This document shows, one piece after another, positions 61,959 to 64,000 of a stretch of 64,000 nucleotides of DNA; the stretch's first letter is position 1, and each line of letters starts with the position of its first letter. Source of the stretch: Leucoraja erinacea (taxonomy: Eukaryota); the NCBI RefSeq assembly GCF_028641065.1, contig NC_073383.1, positions 13,764,001-13,828,000 on the forward strand. Reading direction: 5' to 3'. A program made the translations under genes and the position numbers. Below the pieces are notes generated by a model that had not been told where the DNA came from, searched no databases, and saw nothing but the letters and a program-made list of their open reading frames with translations.

Positions 61959-62265
61959 TTAGTTTAGTACAGAGATACAGCGCGGCAACAGGCTCTTCGG
62001 CCCACCGTGTTCGCACCAACCAATCCCCGCACACTAACACCATCCTACACACACACACACTAGTGACAATTTACATTTATACCAAGCCAATTAACCTACA
62101 AACCTGTACATCTTTGGAGTGTGGGAGGAAACCGGGGCACCTGGAGAAAACCGATACAGATCACGAGGGGAACATATAAACTCTGTACAGACAGCAACCG
62201 CAGATGGGATTGAACCCGGGTCTAGCGCTGTAAGGCAGCAACCTTACCGCTCCACCACCATGCCG
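61959..62265 (-). mobile_element. HE1-like V-SINE
   Basis: Reverse complement of the SINE consensus; another older copy at about 63620-63925. Confidence 0.85.
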
Positions 62266-63110
62266 CTGTGTTTCTATAATATCCAATACAATATCCTATA
62301 ATATCTATCTCTTTTTAAATGGATGCAGTGGCTGAGCCACCCAAGGATTCCAGGCCAGTGAATTCTAAAAATTCACCTCCCTCTGTGTGAAGTAGTTTCT
62401 CCTCATCTGGGTTTTAAATGGCCCACACCTTATTCTGAGATTACGACTGCCGTTTCTCGACTCGTCAGCTAGTGGAAACAACTCCTTTTATTATTCAGAC
62501 CTCTATGTTAATCAATGTGATTTGTACAACATTTAAAAAAATGTCCTAATGGGGATCTCTCTCTTATCCTTCACTCATCCGTAGAGCATAGAAACCACTG
62601 ATTTAAAAAGTGATTCTCAAAAATGTCCATATTGATATGTTTGGGTGCTAATTAGAATCTCTACACGAACAGTCAGACACTCGTGTATCGTAAGCAGCTA
62701 ATCCCCAACACGGCACAAAAACAATGCAACTGACTGCAATGCCAGTAGTGGCATCAGAAGCCAATTGAAATGCAGGAAAGGGTTGAGCTGAAACATGACA
62801 TACTTTCAAAGAATTACAAGTTTTAATCAGAACAACTGGAGACAGTCCAGTGCAATAAATCAGTCTTTTTGTGCCTTCCTTCCCCAAAGGAATATATTTC
62901 TATCATTGGCACAAATATATATTACTTTCACATTCTAAAGAAACATCCTTTGTTCTAAATATTTAAGCATTTTGATTAAATTAACCAAAGTTCCCACGTG
63001 ATATTTAACTTGCACTTCCTGTTAGCAGAAAAAATGACCATTATTTTACAACACGAGAGCGACAAATCTGTCTCATTCCACCACAAAGTAATGGCCAGAT
63101 TGAATTGTTT

Positions 63111-63570
63111 NNNNNNNNNNNNNNNNNNNNNNNNNNNNNNNNNNNNNNNNNNNNNNNNNNNNNNNNNNNNNNNNNNNNNNNNNNNNNNNNNNNNNNNNNN
63201 NNNNNNNNNNNNNNNNNNNNNNNNNNNNNNNNNNNNNNNNNNNNNNNNNNNNNNNNNNNNNNNNNNNNNNNNNNNNNNNNNNNNNNNNNNNNNNNNNNNN
63301 NNNNNNNNNNNNNNNNNNNNNNNNNNNNNNNNNNNNNNNNNNNNNNNNNNNNNNNNNNNNNNNNNNNNNNNNNNNNNNNNNNNNNNNNNNNNNNNNNNNN
63401 NNNNNNNNNNNNNNNNNNNNNNNNNNNNNNNNNNNNNNNNNNNNNNNNNNNNNNNNNNNNNNNNNNNNNNNNNNNNNNNNNNNNNNNNNNNNNNNNNNNN
63501 NNNNNNNNNNNNNNNNNNNNNNNNNNNNNNNNNNNNNNNNNNNNNNNNNNNNNNNNNNNNNNNNNNNNNN
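63111..63570. other. Assembly gap (N run)
   Basis: Run of n. Confidence 0.99.
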
Positions 63571-63943
63571 ATCTATCTATTCATTGATTCCATGCTGTCT
63601 TACAATAGAGGATGCTATTTCAGCCTATTGAGACCATGTTAGTTCACAGACCAATCCCTTTCTTCCATTAATTTTCCCTGCAACCTATTTTCCTCAGATA
63701 ACCATCATTTTTACACAATCCACCACTCACCGACAGAGTCAGGCCAATTTACAATGGCCAAATGAACCAAACAACTCACACATCCATGGGATTCGGTAGA
63801 ATGCCAGAGCACGAGATGAAATCCCCAGGGTCACAGGGAGAAATTCCATACAGACAACACCCACGATCAGGATTAAACCCTGGTCGCTGAAACTGCAAGA
63901 CAACTGATCTACCGACTGTGTCACTGTGTACATCATTGATGTA

Positions 63944-64000
63944 CAGTGCATTCAGAAAGTATTCAGACCCCTTCATTTTTTCCACATTTTGTTACATTAC
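63944..64000. mobile_element. TIR of a second Tc1/mariner family, running off the window
   Basis: TA|cagtgcattcagaaagtattcagacccc, a typical fish Tc1 terminus. Confidence 0.8.

Noticed and set aside
62998-63642. ORFs spanning X runs, also 13730-14087
   Set aside because: Artefacts of the N gaps.

Overview
Eukaryotic vertebrate DNA. The repeat complement (HE1-type V-SINEs, HER1/CR1 LINEs, abundant Penelope-like elements) points to a cartilaginous fish, probably a skate or ray; this is an inference. The whole window lies inside one minus-strand gene, HECW2 (NEDL2, a C2-WW-HECT E3 ubiquitin ligase). Eight consecutive internal coding exons were reconstructed by hand, all with canonical GT-AG boundaries and matching phases: 40662-40555, 31874-31780, 21542-21467, 12704-12535, 12418-12276, 5599-5499, 2261-801 and 517-422. 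Together they give 2250 nt (750 codons), covering the HECW-N domain, the C2 domain and the acidic linker up to just before WW1. The start exon and the WW/HECT exons were not found in the window; there are also two N gaps. The introns are dense with transposons: Penelope-like elements (PLEs) and short fold-back PLE derivatives, CR1, Rex1/Babar, L1, Tx1 and L2 LINE fragments, tRNA-SINEs, two Tc1 elements, Harbinger-like palindromic MITEs, a hAT MITE, two Helitrons and solo LTRs. The most notable non-obvious signals are: (1) many minimal hammerhead-ribozyme motifs in the PLE termini, some on the HECW2 sense strand; (2) a family of TSD-flanked PLE hairpin insertions whose inversion point often falls on the ribozyme stem II; (3) a (GCA)n poly-Ala tract in the large exon; (4) paired CTCF-like motifs next to an exon. 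No prokaryote-type system (CRISPR, operon) is present, and almost all other ORFs in the track are repeat-derived or spurious. Family assignments and comparisons with human HECW2 are from recall, not from database searches.
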